Of a DNA stretch of 64,000 nt, positions 20,059-34,436 are shown in pieces (positions within the stretch are counted from its first letter, which is position 1; the number at the start of each line of letters is the position of its first letter). The DNA comes from Acidobacteriota bacterium (GTDB taxonomy: Bacteria; Acidobacteriota; Vicinamibacteria; Vicinamibacterales; CAVVIG01). A program made the translations under genes and the position numbers. The stretch covers positions 1,106-65,105 of the forward strand of contig JBKPAI010000051.1 of the NCBI GenBank assembly GCA_046726355.1, given 5' to 3'. The notes beneath the pieces were generated by a model, which searched no databases, was not told the origin of the DNA, and worked only from the letters and a program-made list of their open reading frames with translations.

Positions 20059-21111
20059 ATGGATCCAAGCCACAGAATCGATCGGCGGCTATGGCTGCTC
20101 GTCGGCGTCGTCGCGGCCGTGTCGCCGATGTTCCTCCTGGCGCAGGACGACGCGCAGTCGGTCGTGAACGCGGCGTTTGCCAAGTACAGGACGCTGAACG
20201 AAGGCAAGAACGCCGACTACATTCCGGCCCTCGCGAAGGTGGATCCGAACCTGTTCGGCATCGCGCTGGTGACGACCGACGGCAAGGCCTTCACGTCGGG
20301 CGACATCACCACGCCGGTGTCGATCCAGTCGATCTCGAAAGTCTTCACGATGGCTCAGGTGATCCAGGAGCAGGGACCCGAGGCGATCGAGAAGCGCATC
20401 GGCGTCGACGCCACCGGCATGCGGTTCAACTCGATTATCGCCGTGGAGGCGGTGCGCGGCGTCGTGGCAACCGGCGCGCCGGAGATCAACCCGCTCGTCA
20501 ATCCAGGCGCGATCGCCGCGACGAGCATGGTGAAAGGTGCCGGCGCCGACGAGGTCTGGGCCAAGATTATCGGTTTCCACAACGATTGCGCCGGCCGCTC
20601 GCTGAGCGTTCTTCAGGACGTGTACAAGTCGGAGTCCGACACGAACCAGCGCAACCAGGCGATCGGCGCACTGATGTTCGCCTACGGGTATATCAAGAGC
20701 GACTGGCAGCAGGCGGTGGATCTCTACACGCGCCAGTGCTCGATCGGCGTCAACGCGAAAGACCTGGCGACGATGGCGGCGACGCTTGCGGCGATGGGAC
20801 GCAATCCTGTGACAGGGAAACAGGTGATCGACGCGAAGTACGTGCCTGGCGTGCTCGCGGTGATGGCCACCGCCGGGCTGTACGACGACTCGGGTAAATG
20901 GCTGTTCCACACCGGCTTGCCGGCCAAGAGCGGCGTCGGCGGCGGCATCATCGCGGTGTCGCCCGGCAAGTTCGGCATCGCCGTCGTGTCGCCGCCGCTC
21001 GACGACGCGGGGAACAGCGTGCGCGCGCAAAAGGCGATTGCGGATATCTCGAACAAGTTGAACGGCAACCCGTTGAGTGCGCGCCCGGGCAGCCGTCCGG
21101 CGACGCAATGA
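20059..21111 (+). CDS. glsA: glutaminase A with N-terminal signal peptide
   Basis: Motifs GKNADYIPAL, IQSISKVF (SxxK), NPLVNPGAI, YTRQCS, GLYDDSG, PAKSGVGGG, SPPLDDAGNS. N-terminus MDPSHRIDRRLWLLVGVVAAVSPMFLLA-QD. An SD (AGGAGG) precedes ATG 20059. Confidence 0.92.
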   Translation: MDPSHRIDRRLWLLVGVVAAVSPMFLLAQDDAQSVVNAAFAKYRTLNEGKNADYIPALAKVDPNLFGIALVTTDGKAFTSGDITTPVSIQSISKVFTMAQVIQEQGPEAIEKRIGVDATGMRFNSIIAVEAVRGVVATGAPEINPLVNPGAIAATSMVKGAGADEVWAKIIGFHNDCAGRSLSVLQDVYKSESDTNQRNQAIGALMFAYGYIKSDWQQAVDLYTRQCSIGVNAKDLATMAATLAAMGRNPVTGKQVIDAKYVPGVLAVMATAGLYDDSGKWLFHTGLPAKSGVGGGIIAVSPGKFGIAVVSPPLDDAGNSVRAQKAIADISNKLNGNPLSARPGSRPATQ

Positions 21112-22732
21112 GGCGATCGGTCTTCCGGATCGGGCTTGCCGGCGCGCTCGCGATCACGCTGCTGGCTCCTCTGCGCGTCGGCGCACAGAGTGACGCGAGC
21201 ACGCCCGGCACGAAGGCGGCCGCCGCGCAGGCCGAGGCGCGTAAAGACGCTCTCGGCCGCGATACGCCTCGAGGAACGCTGCTGGGATTCATGCGCGCGG
21301 CGCGCGCGCAGAACGACGAAGCGGCCGCGGCGTACCTGAATACGCGCGCGCACGGTGAGGCGGCCAAACAACTGGCGCGTCAACTGTATGTCGTCCTCGA
21401 CACGCGGCTCCCCGCCCGGCTCGCCGACGTGAGCGACTCTCCGGACGGAGGGCTGGCGAACCCGTTGCAACCCGACGTCGACGTCCTAGGCACCATCCAG
21501 ACCGCCAGCGGTCCACTCAAGATCCTCGTCGAACAGGTCAACCGGGGTGCGTCGGGACGCATCTGGCTGTTCTCGCGTCGCACGCTCGAGGTCATTCCCG
21601 ACGTGTACGACGAGGTCGATCTGGTCTCGCTCGATCGACATCTGCCGCGCCTGTTGACGAAATACCGGATCGCGGGCATCCAGCTGTTCGACTGGATCGT
21701 TCTTTTCATCATCATTCCCGTCTGCTACCGCCTGATCGGGCTGCTGGGGAAGCTGGTTGGTCCGCTGATCGCCGTCTGGCGCCGCCGACACGGGCATGCG
21801 CCGGCCGCTCGCGTGAAGGCCGTGCCGGGGTTCGTCCGGTTGCTGCTGCTGGCGATTGTCATTCGTTGGCTTCTCACCGGCGTCGATCTTTCGTTGATCG
21901 AACGGCAGTTCTGGTTGGCCACCACAGGGATGTTCGCGATCGTTGCCGCGGTCTGGATGATGTTCCTCGCGAATGCGCGCGGCGAGGAGTATCTGCGGCG
22001 GCGACTGGCGGGTGGGGGCCACGCCGAAATCGCGGCGCCGCTGCGGCTGGTGCGCCGCATGGCCGATGTGGTCGTCGCCACGGCAGGGGTGATCGTGACC
22101 CTGCACTTCTTCGGCGTCGACCCGACGGCGGCGCTTGCCGGACTGGGCATCGGCGGCATTGCGGTGGCGCTGGCGGCACAGAAAACGCTCGAGAACGTGA
22201 TCGGCGGCCTCTCGATCATTTTCGACAAGGCCGTGCGCGTCGGCGATTTCCTGAAGCTGAACGACACGTTCGGCACGGTCGATTACATCGGCCTGCGTTC
22301 CACGCGCATCCGGACGCTCGATCGGACGATCCTCAGCTTGCCCAACGGCCAGATCGCCAATCTCGGTATCGAGACCCTCTCGTCGCGCGACAAGTTCTGG
22401 TTCCATCATTTCGTCGGCGTCCGCTACCAGACGACGGCGCGCCAGCTCACCACGATCATCGACGGCATGCGCAGCCGCCTCGCCAGCCACCCGTTCGTCG
22501 ACGTCGAGTCGGTCCGCGTGCGTTTCGTCCGCTTTGGTTCGTTCTCGCTGGACATCGAGCTGTTCGCGTACATCCTGGCCGCCGACTGGCTGCAGTTCCT
22601 GGAGATTCAGCAGGAACTGCTGCTCGATCTCATGGAGATCGTCGAACGCTCCGGCGCCGCGCTCGCGTATCCGTCACAAACGTTGTATTTCGCCAGTTCG
22701 AATCCGCTCGCGGCCCTTACCGGAGGTGAAAA

Positions 22733-22736
<4 letters not shown>
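21108..22736 (+). CDS. MscS-family mechanosensitive channel with periplasmic N-terminal domain
   Basis: Signal peptide, LGRDTPRGT periplasmic motif, several TM helices, ALAGLGIGGIAVALAAQKTLENVIGG, VGDF, IGLRSTRIRT, PN. Confidence 0.88.
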
Positions 22737-25486
<2,750 letters not shown>

Positions 25487-25550
25487 TGTTGGTGTCGATG
25501 AGCGTCGCGCGCCCGGAGACGATCATCGTCGCGTTCGTTTTGATCGCGTC

Positions 25551-25614
25551 GGAGGGCGGGCGCTTCGGGAAGGAGGCGGGGGCTTCGGGAAGAAGGCGGG
25601 GGCTTCGGGAAGAA
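25551..25614. repeat. 20-bp tandem repeat (about 3 copies) in a convergent intergenic region
   Basis: GGAGGGCGGGCGCTTCGGGA / AGGAGGCGGGGGCTTCGGGA / AGAAGGCGGGGGCTTCGGGA, with no unique spacers. Confidence 0.8.
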
Positions 25615-25761
25615 GAGGATGGATCCGCAGCCCGCACCCAGCTGCCTGAAACCCCTTGCTTCAACCGTTACGTTCTCTTCCGTCGGACGTGTCGAGTGGC
25701 CTGTATCGGTTGAACGAGTAGTGGATTCCGGAGCGCGGCGCCCGGATGGCAAGGCGCGACG

Positions 25762-25800
25762 ACCGAGAATACCGGGAGTTACCGGAGTAACCGGGAGTAT
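25762..25800. repeat. short degenerate 9-10 bp tandem repeat (4 copies)
   Basis: ACCGAGAAT ACCGGGAGTT ACCGGAGTA ACCGGGAGTAT. Confidence 0.6.
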
Positions 25801-25873
25801 TTGAGGGCGGAGCAACGCAGCCAGCCGGGATGCCCCGCCCGGAGGCCACTACTTGATCAACCGATACAGGCCA

Positions 25874-26482
25874 CTAGCCCACGAGCTTCATTTTCTTCAT
25901 CTCGACGACCGTCGCGGTCACGAGGTCCTTGACGAAGTCCTGCAGCTGTTTCGGATCTCGTGTTTCGCTCAGCGCTGCCCACACGAGCCGGTCCTGCGTC
26001 AGGTCGTAGACGAGCGTTTCGACGACGACCGTGATCGTTTCTCTCGATGCCCGGGCCACATACACGCCGCTCCAGCCGTAGTCGTAGTAGCTCCAGAACG
26101 ACTGGTAGTATCCGGACGACCAATAGGCCGGCGAGTACGATCGCCCGATCTCCCGGCTCACCGGCCGCAGCGCGACGACGCCCTCCACACCCGAACGCTC
26201 GAACCAGCCTCGCGCCTGTTCGGCGTTCTTCAGTTCCTCGCGCGGCACGAATCGGTATGCCGGCAGACCGGATACACGGCGTCCGGTCAATTCTCTCGTC
26301 AGCGCCTCTTCACCGGAGACCTGAAGCGATTGATCGTCGGTGATGACGAGCGCCGCGACCTTCTTGCCGGCGAAGTTCAGGCGTGAGACCTCGGGCGATT
26401 TCCAGACGTCCAGAAACTTCGGCGCGGAAGGAGCCGCAGCGGCGGCGCCTGCGACGAAGACAACAAGGCACAATCGGGGCAT
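25874..26482 (-). CDS. exported hypothetical protein (DUF4136-like fold likely)
   Basis: Signal peptide, a Tyr/Trp-rich loop (YWSSGYYQSFWSYYDYGW), ETLVYDL...LVWAALSET. It is the last gene of the arc block. Confidence 0.65.
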   Translation of the reverse strand: MPRLCLVVFVAGAAAAAPSAPKFLDVWKSPEVSRLNFAGKKVAALVITDDQSLQVSGEEALTRELTGRRVSGLPAYRFVPREELKNAEQARGWFERSGVEGVVALRPVSREIGRSYSPAYWSSGYYQSFWSYYDYGWSGVYVARASRETITVVVETLVYDLTQDRLVWAALSETRDPKQLQDFVKDLVTATVVEMKKMKLVG

Positions 26483-26493
26483 TGTCGTTGACC

Positions 26494-27876
26494 TTACGCC
26501 GCTCGAGGATCATGCAGTTGGCGCGCGCAGTTCCGGCGGATGTTCTCTCGCCGCTGCCACACGTAAACCGGAATCCCGAGGAGAAGGAGCATCAACCCGA
26601 GCAGCACCGGCTTCGGGCCGCAGCCGTAGACGGTAAAGAGTGAGAAGGCGAATGCGGCGATTTCGACGATGGTGAGGCGCGGAACCCCCCCGGCGGCGCC
26701 GGCGACGATCAATGCGGGCGCCAGCGCGCAGAACACGTAGGGAATGACGGCGGCCATCGTACTGAGACCCACGATGGCTTCGTAGATGGCCGCGAACTTG
26801 GCGGTGCCGGCGGTCTGTATCAGCACCAGCGCGGTGGCGAGACTGGCCGAGATCGCGATGCCGACGGCGGGAACGCCGCGCGGCGAGACGCGACCGAAGA
26901 TCGGTGGAAACACGCCATCGATTGCGGCCGCCATGGGCACCTGTCCCATCAGCAGCGTCCAGCCGTTGAGGCCGCCGAGCGACGACACCATGACGGCGAT
27001 GGCGATGACCGTCGCCGCCGCCGATCCCCACATCAGGCGGGCCGCGTCGGCAAAGGGCGCCGGAGAGACGACCAGCTGCGCGCGCGGCACAACCCCCATG
27101 ACCACGGTCGTGCCGAGCACGTACAGCAGCACGGCCACGACGATGCCGAGCATCGTCGAACGTGGAATTGTCCGCCCCGCGTCGCGCACGTCGCCCGCCG
27201 GCACCGTCGCCGACTCGAGACCGAGGTAGGCGAACATCGTGAGCGGCGCGAGCGCGGCGCTCGCGTCGACGAGCGACTTGCCGCTCGGATTGAACCCGGC
27301 GAGGTGTTCCGGCCGGACGAACGCCAGGCCGATGACCGCGATCGCGGCAAAGGGCACGAGCTTCGCGTACGTGGTCACCTGCGCGAAGAGGCCGGCTTCC
27401 TTCACGCCCAGAAGGTTGGTGAACGTGGCCAGCCAGATCGCGCCGAGGGTGATCGCGATGCCCATCGGTCGGCTGCCCTGGAGCGCGGGTACGAGCTTGA
27501 CGACCGACCCGGTGAACGCGAAGGCGATGACCGGCAGCGACGCCCAGATGGAAATCCAGTAACCCCAGGCAACGAGGAACCCCGCAAAATCGCCGTAGCC
27601 CGCCTTCGTGTAGGCATATGGCCCGCCGGTCGCCGGCGCGAGGCGCGCCAGTCGCGCGAACGTCAGCCCGAGGCACACCGCGCCGATGCCCATCACGATC
27701 CACGCCAGGATCGCGAGCTGGCCGTACGGCGCGACCGCCGCCGGCGACAGGTAGAAGCCCGATCCCACCATGTTGCCGACGACGATCGCGGTGCAGGCGG
27801 CGAGGCCGAGGCTGGCGTGCGCCGTACGGCCCGGCGGCGTCTCGGCCGCTGCCGGGACCACCACATCAGGCGGCAT
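26494..27876 (-). CDS. APC-family amino acid/polyamine antiporter (AdiC/ArcD-like)
   Basis: TM1 GNMVGSG, GGPYAY, TM6 FAYLGLESA, about 12 TM segments. It lies directly after arcC. Confidence 0.88.
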   Translation of the reverse strand: MPPDVVVPAAAETPPGRTAHASLGLAACTAIVVGNMVGSGFYLSPAAVAPYGQLAILAWIVMGIGAVCLGLTFARLARLAPATGGPYAYTKAGYGDFAGFLVAWGYWISIWASLPVIAFAFTGSVVKLVPALQGSRPMGIAITLGAIWLATFTNLLGVKEAGLFAQVTTYAKLVPFAAIAVIGLAFVRPEHLAGFNPSGKSLVDASAALAPLTMFAYLGLESATVPAGDVRDAGRTIPRSTMLGIVVAVLLYVLGTTVVMGVVPRAQLVVSPAPFADAARLMWGSAAATVIAIAVMVSSLGGLNGWTLLMGQVPMAAAIDGVFPPIFGRVSPRGVPAVGIAISASLATALVLIQTAGTAKFAAIYEAIVGLSTMAAVIPYVFCALAPALIVAGAAGGVPRLTIVEIAAFAFSLFTVYGCGPKPVLLGLMLLLLGIPVYVWQRRENIRRNCARQLHDPRAA

Positions 27877-28804
27877 AGCCGATCCCCGATTCGGTCGCCG
27901 ACACCGTGGTGCCAGCTTCGCCGGCCATGATGCGGCTCAGATCGGCCAGCGCGCCAATGGCGGCGCGCTTGCCCGTCGCGGCCACGAAGCGGCACGCGGC
28001 GTCGACCTTCGGACCCATCGAGCCGGCCGCGAAGGTGATCGCGGCCAGCGCCTCCGGCGAGGCCCGGCGGATTTGGCGCTGTGTCGGTTTGCCCCAGTCG
28101 GTATACACCGCGTCGGCGTCGGTCAGCATCACGAACAGGTCGGCGCCCAGATCACGGGCCAGTAATTCCGACGCCAGATCCTTGTCGATCACGCACTCGA
28201 CGCCGGCGAGCGTGCGGTGCTCGCCGGCCTCGTACATCGTCGGAATGCCGCCGCCGCCCGCCGCGATCACGATCGTGTTGCGTTCGAGGAGCCACTTAAT
28301 CGGACGCAGCTCGAAGATCCGTTTCGGTTCCGGCGAGGGGACGACGCGTCGCCATTGGTCGCCGTCCTTTTTGAAGAACCACCCCTTGTCCTCCGTCAGG
28401 CGGTCGGCTTCTTGTTTCGCGTAGACCGGGCCGATGAACTTGGTTGGATTCCTGAATGCGGGATCGTGCGGATCGACTTCGATCATCGTGAGCAGCGTGG
28501 CGAACGGACGCTCGAACGGCAGCAGGTTGCCAAGTTCCTGCTCGATCATGTAGCCGATCATCCCTTCGGTCTGCGCGCCGAGCACGTCGAGCGGGTAGGT
28601 CTCCACCTCGCCGTAGGCGGCGCCCAGGAGCGCGAGCAGCCCGACCTGCGGCCCGTTGCCGTGACCGATGACGAGCTGATGGTGCATCGCCACGGGCGCG
28701 AGCGCTTCGGCGGCGATGCGGACGTTCTGCCGCTGGTTGTCGGCCGTCATCGGCTGGCCTCGCCGCAGCAGCGCGTTGCCGCCGAGTGCTGTGACTACGA
28801 GCAT
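27866..28804 (-). CDS. arcC: carbamate kinase
   Basis: Motifs [51 protein letters not shown]. Start is ATG 28804. Confidence 0.95.
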   Translation of the reverse strand: MLVVTALGGNALLRRGQPMTADNQRQNVRIAAEALAPVAMHHQLVIGHGNGPQVGLLALLGAAYGEVETYPLDVLGAQTEGMIGYMIEQELGNLLPFERPFATLLTMIEVDPHDPAFRNPTKFIGPVYAKQEADRLTEDKGWFFKKDGDQWRRVVPSPEPKRIFELRPIKWLLERNTIVIAAGGGGIPTMYEAGEHRTLAGVECVIDKDLASELLARDLGADLFVMLTDADAVYTDWGKPTQRQIRRASPEALAAITFAAGSMGPKVDAACRFVAATGKRAAIGALADLSRIMAGEAGTTVSATESGIGYAA

Positions 28805-28806
28805 GG

Positions 28807-29811
28807 CTAGTCTCCCAGAGTCGCCACGAGGAGCGCCTTGATGGTGTGCATGCGGTTCTCCGCCTGCTCGAACGCGATGTTGTATTCGGACTCGAACACG
28901 TCGTCGCTGACCTCGAGGCCGCAGCGGAGGCCGTACTCTTCGGCGATCTGCCTGCCCACCGTCGTCTCCGTGTCGTGGAACGCCGGCAGACAGTGCATGA
29001 ACCTGACCTGCGGATTGCGGCTGGCCTTGATCAGATCCATGTTGACCTGATACCTGAGCAGCAGCTGAATGCGCTCCTTCCACACCTCCTTGGGCTCGCC
29101 CATCGATACCCAGACGTCGGTGTGAATGAAGTCGACGCCGTTCACGGCTTCCTGCGGGTCGTCGGTGATCGTGAGCGTGGCGCCCGACTGCTTCTGCAAA
29201 GCGCGCGCGATGGCGATGTACTCGTCGTCGGGCCACAGCTGTTTCGGTCCGCAGAGGCGGACGTCCATGCCGGTGAGGCAGCCGGCGATCATCAGCGAGT
29301 GCCCCATGTTGTTGCGTGTGTCGCCGAGGAAGGCATACTTGATCTCGTGGATCGGCCGGTCGCTGTGCTCGCGCATCGTCATCACGTCGGCGAGCATCTG
29401 CGTGGGGTGGTACTCGGCGGTGAGGCCGTTGAACACGGGGACGCCGGCCCATTTCGCGAGCTCGGCGACGCCACTTTGGCTGGCGCCGCGGTATTCGATG
29501 GCGTCGTACATCCGGCCGAGGACCCGCGCGGTGTCCTTGAACGATTCCTTGTGCCCGATCTGCGAGCCGGCGGGATCGAGGTAGGTGACGTGCGCGCCCT
29601 GGTCGTAGCAGGCGACCTCGAACGCACAGCGCGTCCGCGTGGAGGTCTTCTCGAAGATCAGGCAGATTTCCTTGTCGGCGAGATGTTTCTGCTCGGTGCG
29701 CGCGTACTTCGCCCGTTTCAGATCGCGCGCGAGGTCGAGCAGATAGCGGAACTCGCGCGGTGTGTAGTCCTGTACCGTGAGCAGCGAGCGGTTACGCAGA
29801 TTGAAGCTCAT
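28807..29811 (-). CDS. arcB: ornithine carbamoyltransferase (catabolic by context)
   Basis: Motifs [21 protein letters not shown] (SMG loop), [14 protein letters not shown]. Start is ATG 29811. Confidence 0.94.
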   Translation of the reverse strand: MSFNLRNRSLLTVQDYTPREFRYLLDLARDLKRAKYARTEQKHLADKEICLIFEKTSTRTRCAFEVACYDQGAHVTYLDPAGSQIGHKESFKDTARVLGRMYDAIEYRGASQSGVAELAKWAGVPVFNGLTAEYHPTQMLADVMTMREHSDRPIHEIKYAFLGDTRNNMGHSLMIAGCLTGMDVRLCGPKQLWPDDEYIAIARALQKQSGATLTITDDPQEAVNGVDFIHTDVWVSMGEPKEVWKERIQLLLRYQVNMDLIKASRNPQVRFMHCLPAFHDTETTVGRQIAEEYGLRCGLEVSDDVFESEYNIAFEQAENRMHTIKALLVATLGD

Positions 29812-29840
29812 GATGATGGTCCTCGTCCGTCTTCGGTTGA

Positions 29841-31067
29841 TTACGGGTCGCGCGAAATCGGACACGTCATGCAGTGCCCCCCGCCGCGCCCCCGACCAAG
29901 CTCCGCGCCGCGGACGGTGATCACCTCGACGCCGGCCTTGCGCAGCAGCGTGTTGGTGTAGGTGTTGCGGTCGTACCCGACCACGACGCCCGGCGACAGC
30001 GCGACGACGTTGTTGCCGTCGTCCCATTGCTCGCGCTGCGCCTGCCAGTCGTCGCCGCCGGTCTCGACGAGGCGCAGCTGCTTCAGGCCGAGGACCTCCT
30101 TGACTACGTCGAACAGGGAACCCTGGTCGGGGCGGATGTCGACGCCGGCGTTGCCGTTTCCCGTGGGTCGCGCGCTGTAACAGCGGATCTGGTCGGCGAC
30201 CTCGCGGAACGTGGTGCACAGATCGCGATCGCAGAAGGTGAACACCGTATCGAGGTGCATCGCCGCGCGGCTCTTCGGCATCAGGCAGGCAACCACGCGC
30301 ATGGCCGCCTGGTGCGCGAACAGCGCCGATGCCACCTGGAAGACGGCGTGGCGCGTCGTCCGCTCGCCCATGCCGATGAGAACCGTGCCGTTGCCGATGG
30401 GCATGACGTCGCCGCCTTCGAGCGTCGCAGCACCGAACGGTTGATCGCAGTCGCCCCACCAGATCGTGAAGCTGGCGTTCTTGAAACGCGGGTGAAACTT
30501 GTAGACGGCCCGCTGCAGCAGCGTTTCGGGCCTTCGCGCCGGCCAGTACATCGGGTTGACGGTGACGCCGTTGTAAATCCAGCACGAGGGGTCGCGCTGG
30601 AACAGCGTGTTGGGGATCGGTGGAAGGATGAAGTCGGTGCCCTCGTAGGCGCCAGCGAGCATGGCGGACTGCTCACTCTTCGGCACGTCGAGGATCGCGA
30701 CGCCACCGATCAGATGTTCCGCGAGCTCCGCGGGCCTCATCTCGGAGAGCCACGCGCGAAGAATCGGCGCGGCCAGGAGTCCCACTTCGTTCGGGGTGAC
30801 GCGGCGATCGAGCAGCCACCCGCGCGCCTCCGGGTCGCTGACCGTCTCCGCGAGCAGGTCGTGCAGCTCGAGGACCTCGACGTTACGCTCGCGCATTTTC
30901 AGCACGAAGTCGTAATGGTCTTTCTGCGCTTCGTGGACCCACAACACGTCGTCGAACAGCAGCTCCGCGGCGTTGCCGGGCGTCAGCCGCTGGTGCGCCA
31001 GGCCGGGCCGGCAGACCATCACCGTTCTGAGCGTGCCGACTTCGCTATGCACACCAAGTGGTGCCAT
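29841..31067 (-). CDS. arcA: arginine deiminase
   Basis: Motifs [46 protein letters not shown] (catalytic Cys). Start is ATG 31067. Confidence 0.95.
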   Translation of the reverse strand: MAPLGVHSEVGTLRTVMVCRPGLAHQRLTPGNAAELLFDDVLWVHEAQKDHYDFVLKMRERNVEVLELHDLLAETVSDPEARGWLLDRRVTPNEVGLLAAPILRAWLSEMRPAELAEHLIGGVAILDVPKSEQSAMLAGAYEGTDFILPPIPNTLFQRDPSCWIYNGVTVNPMYWPARRPETLLQRAVYKFHPRFKNASFTIWWGDCDQPFGAATLEGGDVMPIGNGTVLIGMGERTTRHAVFQVASALFAHQAAMRVVACLMPKSRAAMHLDTVFTFCDRDLCTTFREVADQIRCYSARPTGNGNAGVDIRPDQGSLFDVVKEVLGLKQLRLVETGGDDWQAQREQWDDGNNVVALSPGVVVGYDRNTYTNTLLRKAGVEVITVRGAELGRGRGGGHCMTCPISRDP

Positions 31068-31084
31068 GACCGTTCTCGGTTCTG

Positions 31085-33430
31085 CTAAACGGCGAGCTCC
31101 GTCGTCCTGCCGATCTGCGCGCGCCGCCGGGCCTCGGCCGGCACGGGCTCGAGACACTGGACGAAATACGTGCCGTCGCGAGGCTCGACGCCGTGGGTGT
31201 CATGGCCGAATCCCGGGAATCGGCGATCCCAGGACGCGAGCGCGCGCAGGTAGCTCAGATAGGGTCCGTCGTCGGGGCCGGTCATTTCGCCCGGCATCAG
31301 CATCGGAATGCCGGGGGGATACGGCACGACGCTCGTGGCGAGCACGTGATCGGCCAGATCGTCGAGCGCGACGTGGGCGACCTCACCGCGCACCAGCAAC
31401 TGGTACGCCTCGTGCGGCGTCGTCGCGGGGCGCGGCAGCGTCGAGAACGCTTCGGCCAGCCACTGTGTCTGGCGGCTCTCGACGAGGTGCGCGAACATCT
31501 GGTCGGCGAGATCGCGCAGGCCCAGGCCGGCGTACACGGCCGGCTGTGCCGCGACCACCTGCGGCAGCACCTCCGCCAGGCTCGCGTTGTCGTCGTAGTC
31601 GCGCTTGAAGTCGAGCAGCGCGTTCAGCAGCGTCCCCCATTTCCCTTTCGTGATGCCGATCGAGAAAAGGAAGAGGATCGTGAAGTCGGTCGTCTTCTCG
31701 ACCTCGACGCCGCGCCGGTGCAGATACGCGGTGACGAGCGCCGCCGGCACGCCGCGTGTTTCGAGGCCGCCGGCGGCCGCCACTCCCGGCGTCACGACCG
31801 ACACCTTGATCGGATCCAGCATGCAGTAGCCGTCTTCGAGGTCGCCGAAGCCGTGCCACTGCTGGCCCGGATGCAGCACCCACGCGTCGGGGTCGCGCGC
31901 GAGCCGTTCGGGCGCTGCGTCCTCGAACGCGACCGTCCGGCCGCGTTCGTCGGTCACCGTGTCCGCGTTCCACGTGCTGAAAAACCAGTCGCCCTTGTCG
32001 GCAAACTGTCGGTGCACGCGGCCCATCGTCTGCCGGAACGCCACCGCTTCCTGAATCGATTCGGTGGTGAGGGCAACACCGCCGGGTCCCTCCATCATGG
32101 CGGCGGTGACGTCGTTCGACACGATGATGGGATAGAGCGGGGAAGTGGACGCGTGCATCATGAACGATTCGTTGAACCGCTCGTGGGGGATGGCACGGCG
32201 GCCGTCGCGGATGTGCAGAAGGGATGCTTGCGAGAGCGCTGCGAGCAGCTTGTGCGTCGAGTGCGTGGCGAAGACGGTCGGTCCGGAATGGTGCTTCGGG
32301 TCGCCGTGCATCGCGTGGCGATGCTGGTAGATCGGATTGAACCGTGCGTATGCGTACCACGCCTCGTCGAAGTGGATGCGATCGACGCTGGGATCGAGCA
32401 GCGCCTCGACGCGCCTCGCGTCGTAGCAGAGCCCGTCGTAGGTGGAGTTGGTCACCACGGAATAGACCGGCCGCGCGTCGACGGTGTCCGTCACCAGGGG
32501 GTTCGCGCGGATCGCCGCGGCGATGGCCGGCTGCGCCAGCCGCTCGGGCGGAATCGGACCGATGATGCCGTAGCGGTTGCGCAAGGGGACCAGATACGTC
32601 GGAATGCCGCCGGTGAGGACGAGACCATGCTCGATCGACTTGTGGCAGTTGCGGTCGCACAACGCGATCTGATCGCGGCCGACGGCCGCGGTGAAGATCA
32701 CCCGGTTCGACGTCGACGTGCCGTTGGTGACGCAGTAGCTGCGGTGCGCGCCGAAGACGCGCGCGGCGTAGCGCTCGTGCTCGCCGATCGGGCCGGTGTG
32801 GTCGAGCAGCGATCCGAGTGCGCCGACGCTGATCGACAGGTCGGAGCGGAGCAGGTTCTCGCCAAAGAAGTCGAAGAAGATGCGGCCGACCGGCGACTTC
32901 AGGAACGCGGTGCCGCCGGTGTGGCCCGGCGTATGCCACGAGTACTCGTATTCCTGGGTGAACGCCATCAGGGCCGCCGCGAGTGGAGGCAGCACGACCT
33001 GCAGGTATCGCCGTGTCGCTGCCACGACGCGCCCGCCGACGAACGCCGCGGTGTCCTCGAGCGTCCAGACGAACTCGTCAACCATCTGCATCACATCGAC
33101 CGGAATCGCCGAGGCCTCGCCGCGTTCCGCCATCAGGAAAATGGGAATCTTGTCGTTGCGCGCGCGTATCAGCTCCAGCACGCCACGCGTTGGCGCATGG
33201 TCGCCCTCGCTGCCGAGCGTCCAGTCGACGAGGACCGTGTGAATCGCCGAATCCGACACGATCACGGACGTCCCGTCCTCGGCCGACACCGCCTCGACGA
33301 CTTCGACGCCGCGATCGCGGAGCTCCTGGACCAGCGCGCGGACGGCGCGCCCTTCGGGCGTGGGCAATGTCAGCTCGTCGTCGATCATGAGGACTCGGAG
33401 ACACAGCCGCTTGGCGGTTCGCTGAATCAT
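31085..33430 (-). CDS. adiA: inducible arginine decarboxylase (AAT-fold, wing domain)
   Basis: Receiver-like wing domain, [45 protein letters not shown] (PLP Lys, AdiA-like context), [18 protein letters not shown]. Substrate is assigned by recalled similarity; lysine is not excluded. Confidence 0.78.
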   Translation of the reverse strand: MIQRTAKRLCLRVLMIDDELTLPTPEGRAVRALVQELRDRGVEVVEAVSAEDGTSVIVSDSAIHTVLVDWTLGSEGDHAPTRGVLELIRARNDKIPIFLMAERGEASAIPVDVMQMVDEFVWTLEDTAAFVGGRVVAATRRYLQVVLPPLAAALMAFTQEYEYSWHTPGHTGGTAFLKSPVGRIFFDFFGENLLRSDLSISVGALGSLLDHTGPIGEHERYAARVFGAHRSYCVTNGTSTSNRVIFTAAVGRDQIALCDRNCHKSIEHGLVLTGGIPTYLVPLRNRYGIIGPIPPERLAQPAIAAAIRANPLVTDTVDARPVYSVVTNSTYDGLCYDARRVEALLDPSVDRIHFDEAWYAYARFNPIYQHRHAMHGDPKHHSGPTVFATHSTHKLLAALSQASLLHIRDGRRAIPHERFNESFMMHASTSPLYPIIVSNDVTAAMMEGPGGVALTTESIQEAVAFRQTMGRVHRQFADKGDWFFSTWNADTVTDERGRTVAFEDAAPERLARDPDAWVLHPGQQWHGFGDLEDGYCMLDPIKVSVVTPGVAAAGGLETRGVPAALVTAYLHRRGVEVEKTTDFTILFLFSIGITKGKWGTLLNALLDFKRDYDDNASLAEVLPQVVAAQPAVYAGLGLRDLADQMFAHLVESRQTQWLAEAFSTLPRPATTPHEAYQLLVRGEVAHVALDDLADHVLATSVVPYPPGIPMLMPGEMTGPDDGPYLSYLRALASWDRRFPGFGHDTHGVEPRDGTYFVQCLEPVPAEARRRAQIGRTTELAV

Positions 33431-33454
33431 GTCGCTGGACTCCAACCGTCGGTG

Positions 33455-34396
33455 TCAATTCGATAAGGCATTCCACCGGAAAAACGCGAGGGCGCTCTCG
33501 TCGGGCTCGCCGAACCATCTCGCGTACAGGCTGCCGAGCTCCCCCGACGCGTAGAACCGGGACAGCGTCCGATCGACGAGCAGACGCAATCGCTCGTCGT
33601 CACGGCCGAGCGCGAGCGCCAGCGGTTCGTGCGTGAAGAGGCGATCGACAACTGCGAGCGGGCGCGCCCGATCGCGGTGCGCGGCGTCGAGCAGGATGGC
33701 GCGTTCGCCGAACAGCGCGTCGGTGCGGCGATCGGCGACCGCCTGCACGCCCGCGTCGTAGCTCGGCACGCGAACGACCGAGGTGAGCACCTGAAGGTCG
33801 GCGATCCGACTGGTCAGCCATGTGTCCGCGGTGGTGCCGGCCACGGTCGAGAACGAGCGCGCCTGCAGCACCTGGAGCGCCGCCGCGCGCCACACCGGGT
33901 GGAACGGCTGACCTTGTCCGTCGAGAACCTGCCGCAGGCGCGCCGGTGCGTCCGACCGAAGCAGCGCGCCGATGCCGCCGGGGAAGATCGGGATCGAGAA
34001 CGAGACATTGGCGCGCCGGTCGAGCGTCACCGTGTCGGCGCCGCACAGCGCGTCGATCCGGCCCTGCTGCACGGCTCGAAACCGGTCCGGCGCCGCGACC
34101 TGGACCCAGTTCACGGCAAGCCCCGGAACCTTCACCTCCGCCTTGATCGCGTCCGCGAGCTTCTCGCAGAGCACGATCGAGTACCCGGCGGCGTGGCCCG
34201 ATTCATCGCGATACGAGAACGGTCTCGCATCGTCCCGGTAGCCGAGGTTGATCCGGCCGGCCTCGACGATCCGTCTCAGGGTGTCGGTCGCCGCCTGCGG
34301 CGTCTGCGCGGCCGGCGCCGCGGCGAACAACGCGATCGTGCAGACGGCGAGCGCGTTCCGTCGCCGCCACCTGGGTCCGGTGCATGCGGGTTTCAT
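33455..34396 (-). CDS. polar amino-acid substrate-binding protein (GltI-like, family 3)
   Basis: Signal peptide, TLRRIVEAGRINLGYRDDARPFSY, GYSIVLC, RFRAVQQGRIDALCG. No ABC permease or ATPase is adjacent. Confidence 0.85.
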   Translation of the reverse strand: MKPACTGPRWRRRNALAVCTIALFAAAPAAQTPQAATDTLRRIVEAGRINLGYRDDARPFSYRDESGHAAGYSIVLCEKLADAIKAEVKVPGLAVNWVQVAAPDRFRAVQQGRIDALCGADTVTLDRRANVSFSIPIFPGGIGALLRSDAPARLRQVLDGQGQPFHPVWRAAALQVLQARSFSTVAGTTADTWLTSRIADLQVLTSVVRVPSYDAGVQAVADRRTDALFGERAILLDAAHRDRARPLAVVDRLFTHEPLALALGRDDERLRLLVDRTLSRFYASGELGSLYARWFGEPDESALAFFRWNALSN

Positions 34397-34410
34397 TGAT
34401 CGATCTCCTT

Positions 34411-34432
34411 TCGGGCCGGCCCGCCGGCCCGA
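34411..34432. other. GC-rich intergenic inverted repeat
   Basis: TCGGGCCGGC-CC-GCCGGCCCGA lies between the potE stop and the SD of the binding-protein gene. There is no U-tract. Confidence 0.5.
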
Positions 34433-34436
34433 CGTG

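Noticed and set aside
25551-25800. CRISPR array
   Set aside because: The units are adjacent 20-mers and 9-10-mers with no unique spacers, and there are no cas genes.
28807-29811. Putrescine carbamoyltransferase / agmatine deiminase pathway
   Set aside because: The enzyme has the OTC-type DVWVSMGE loop, and its neighbour is an arginine deiminase, not AguA.
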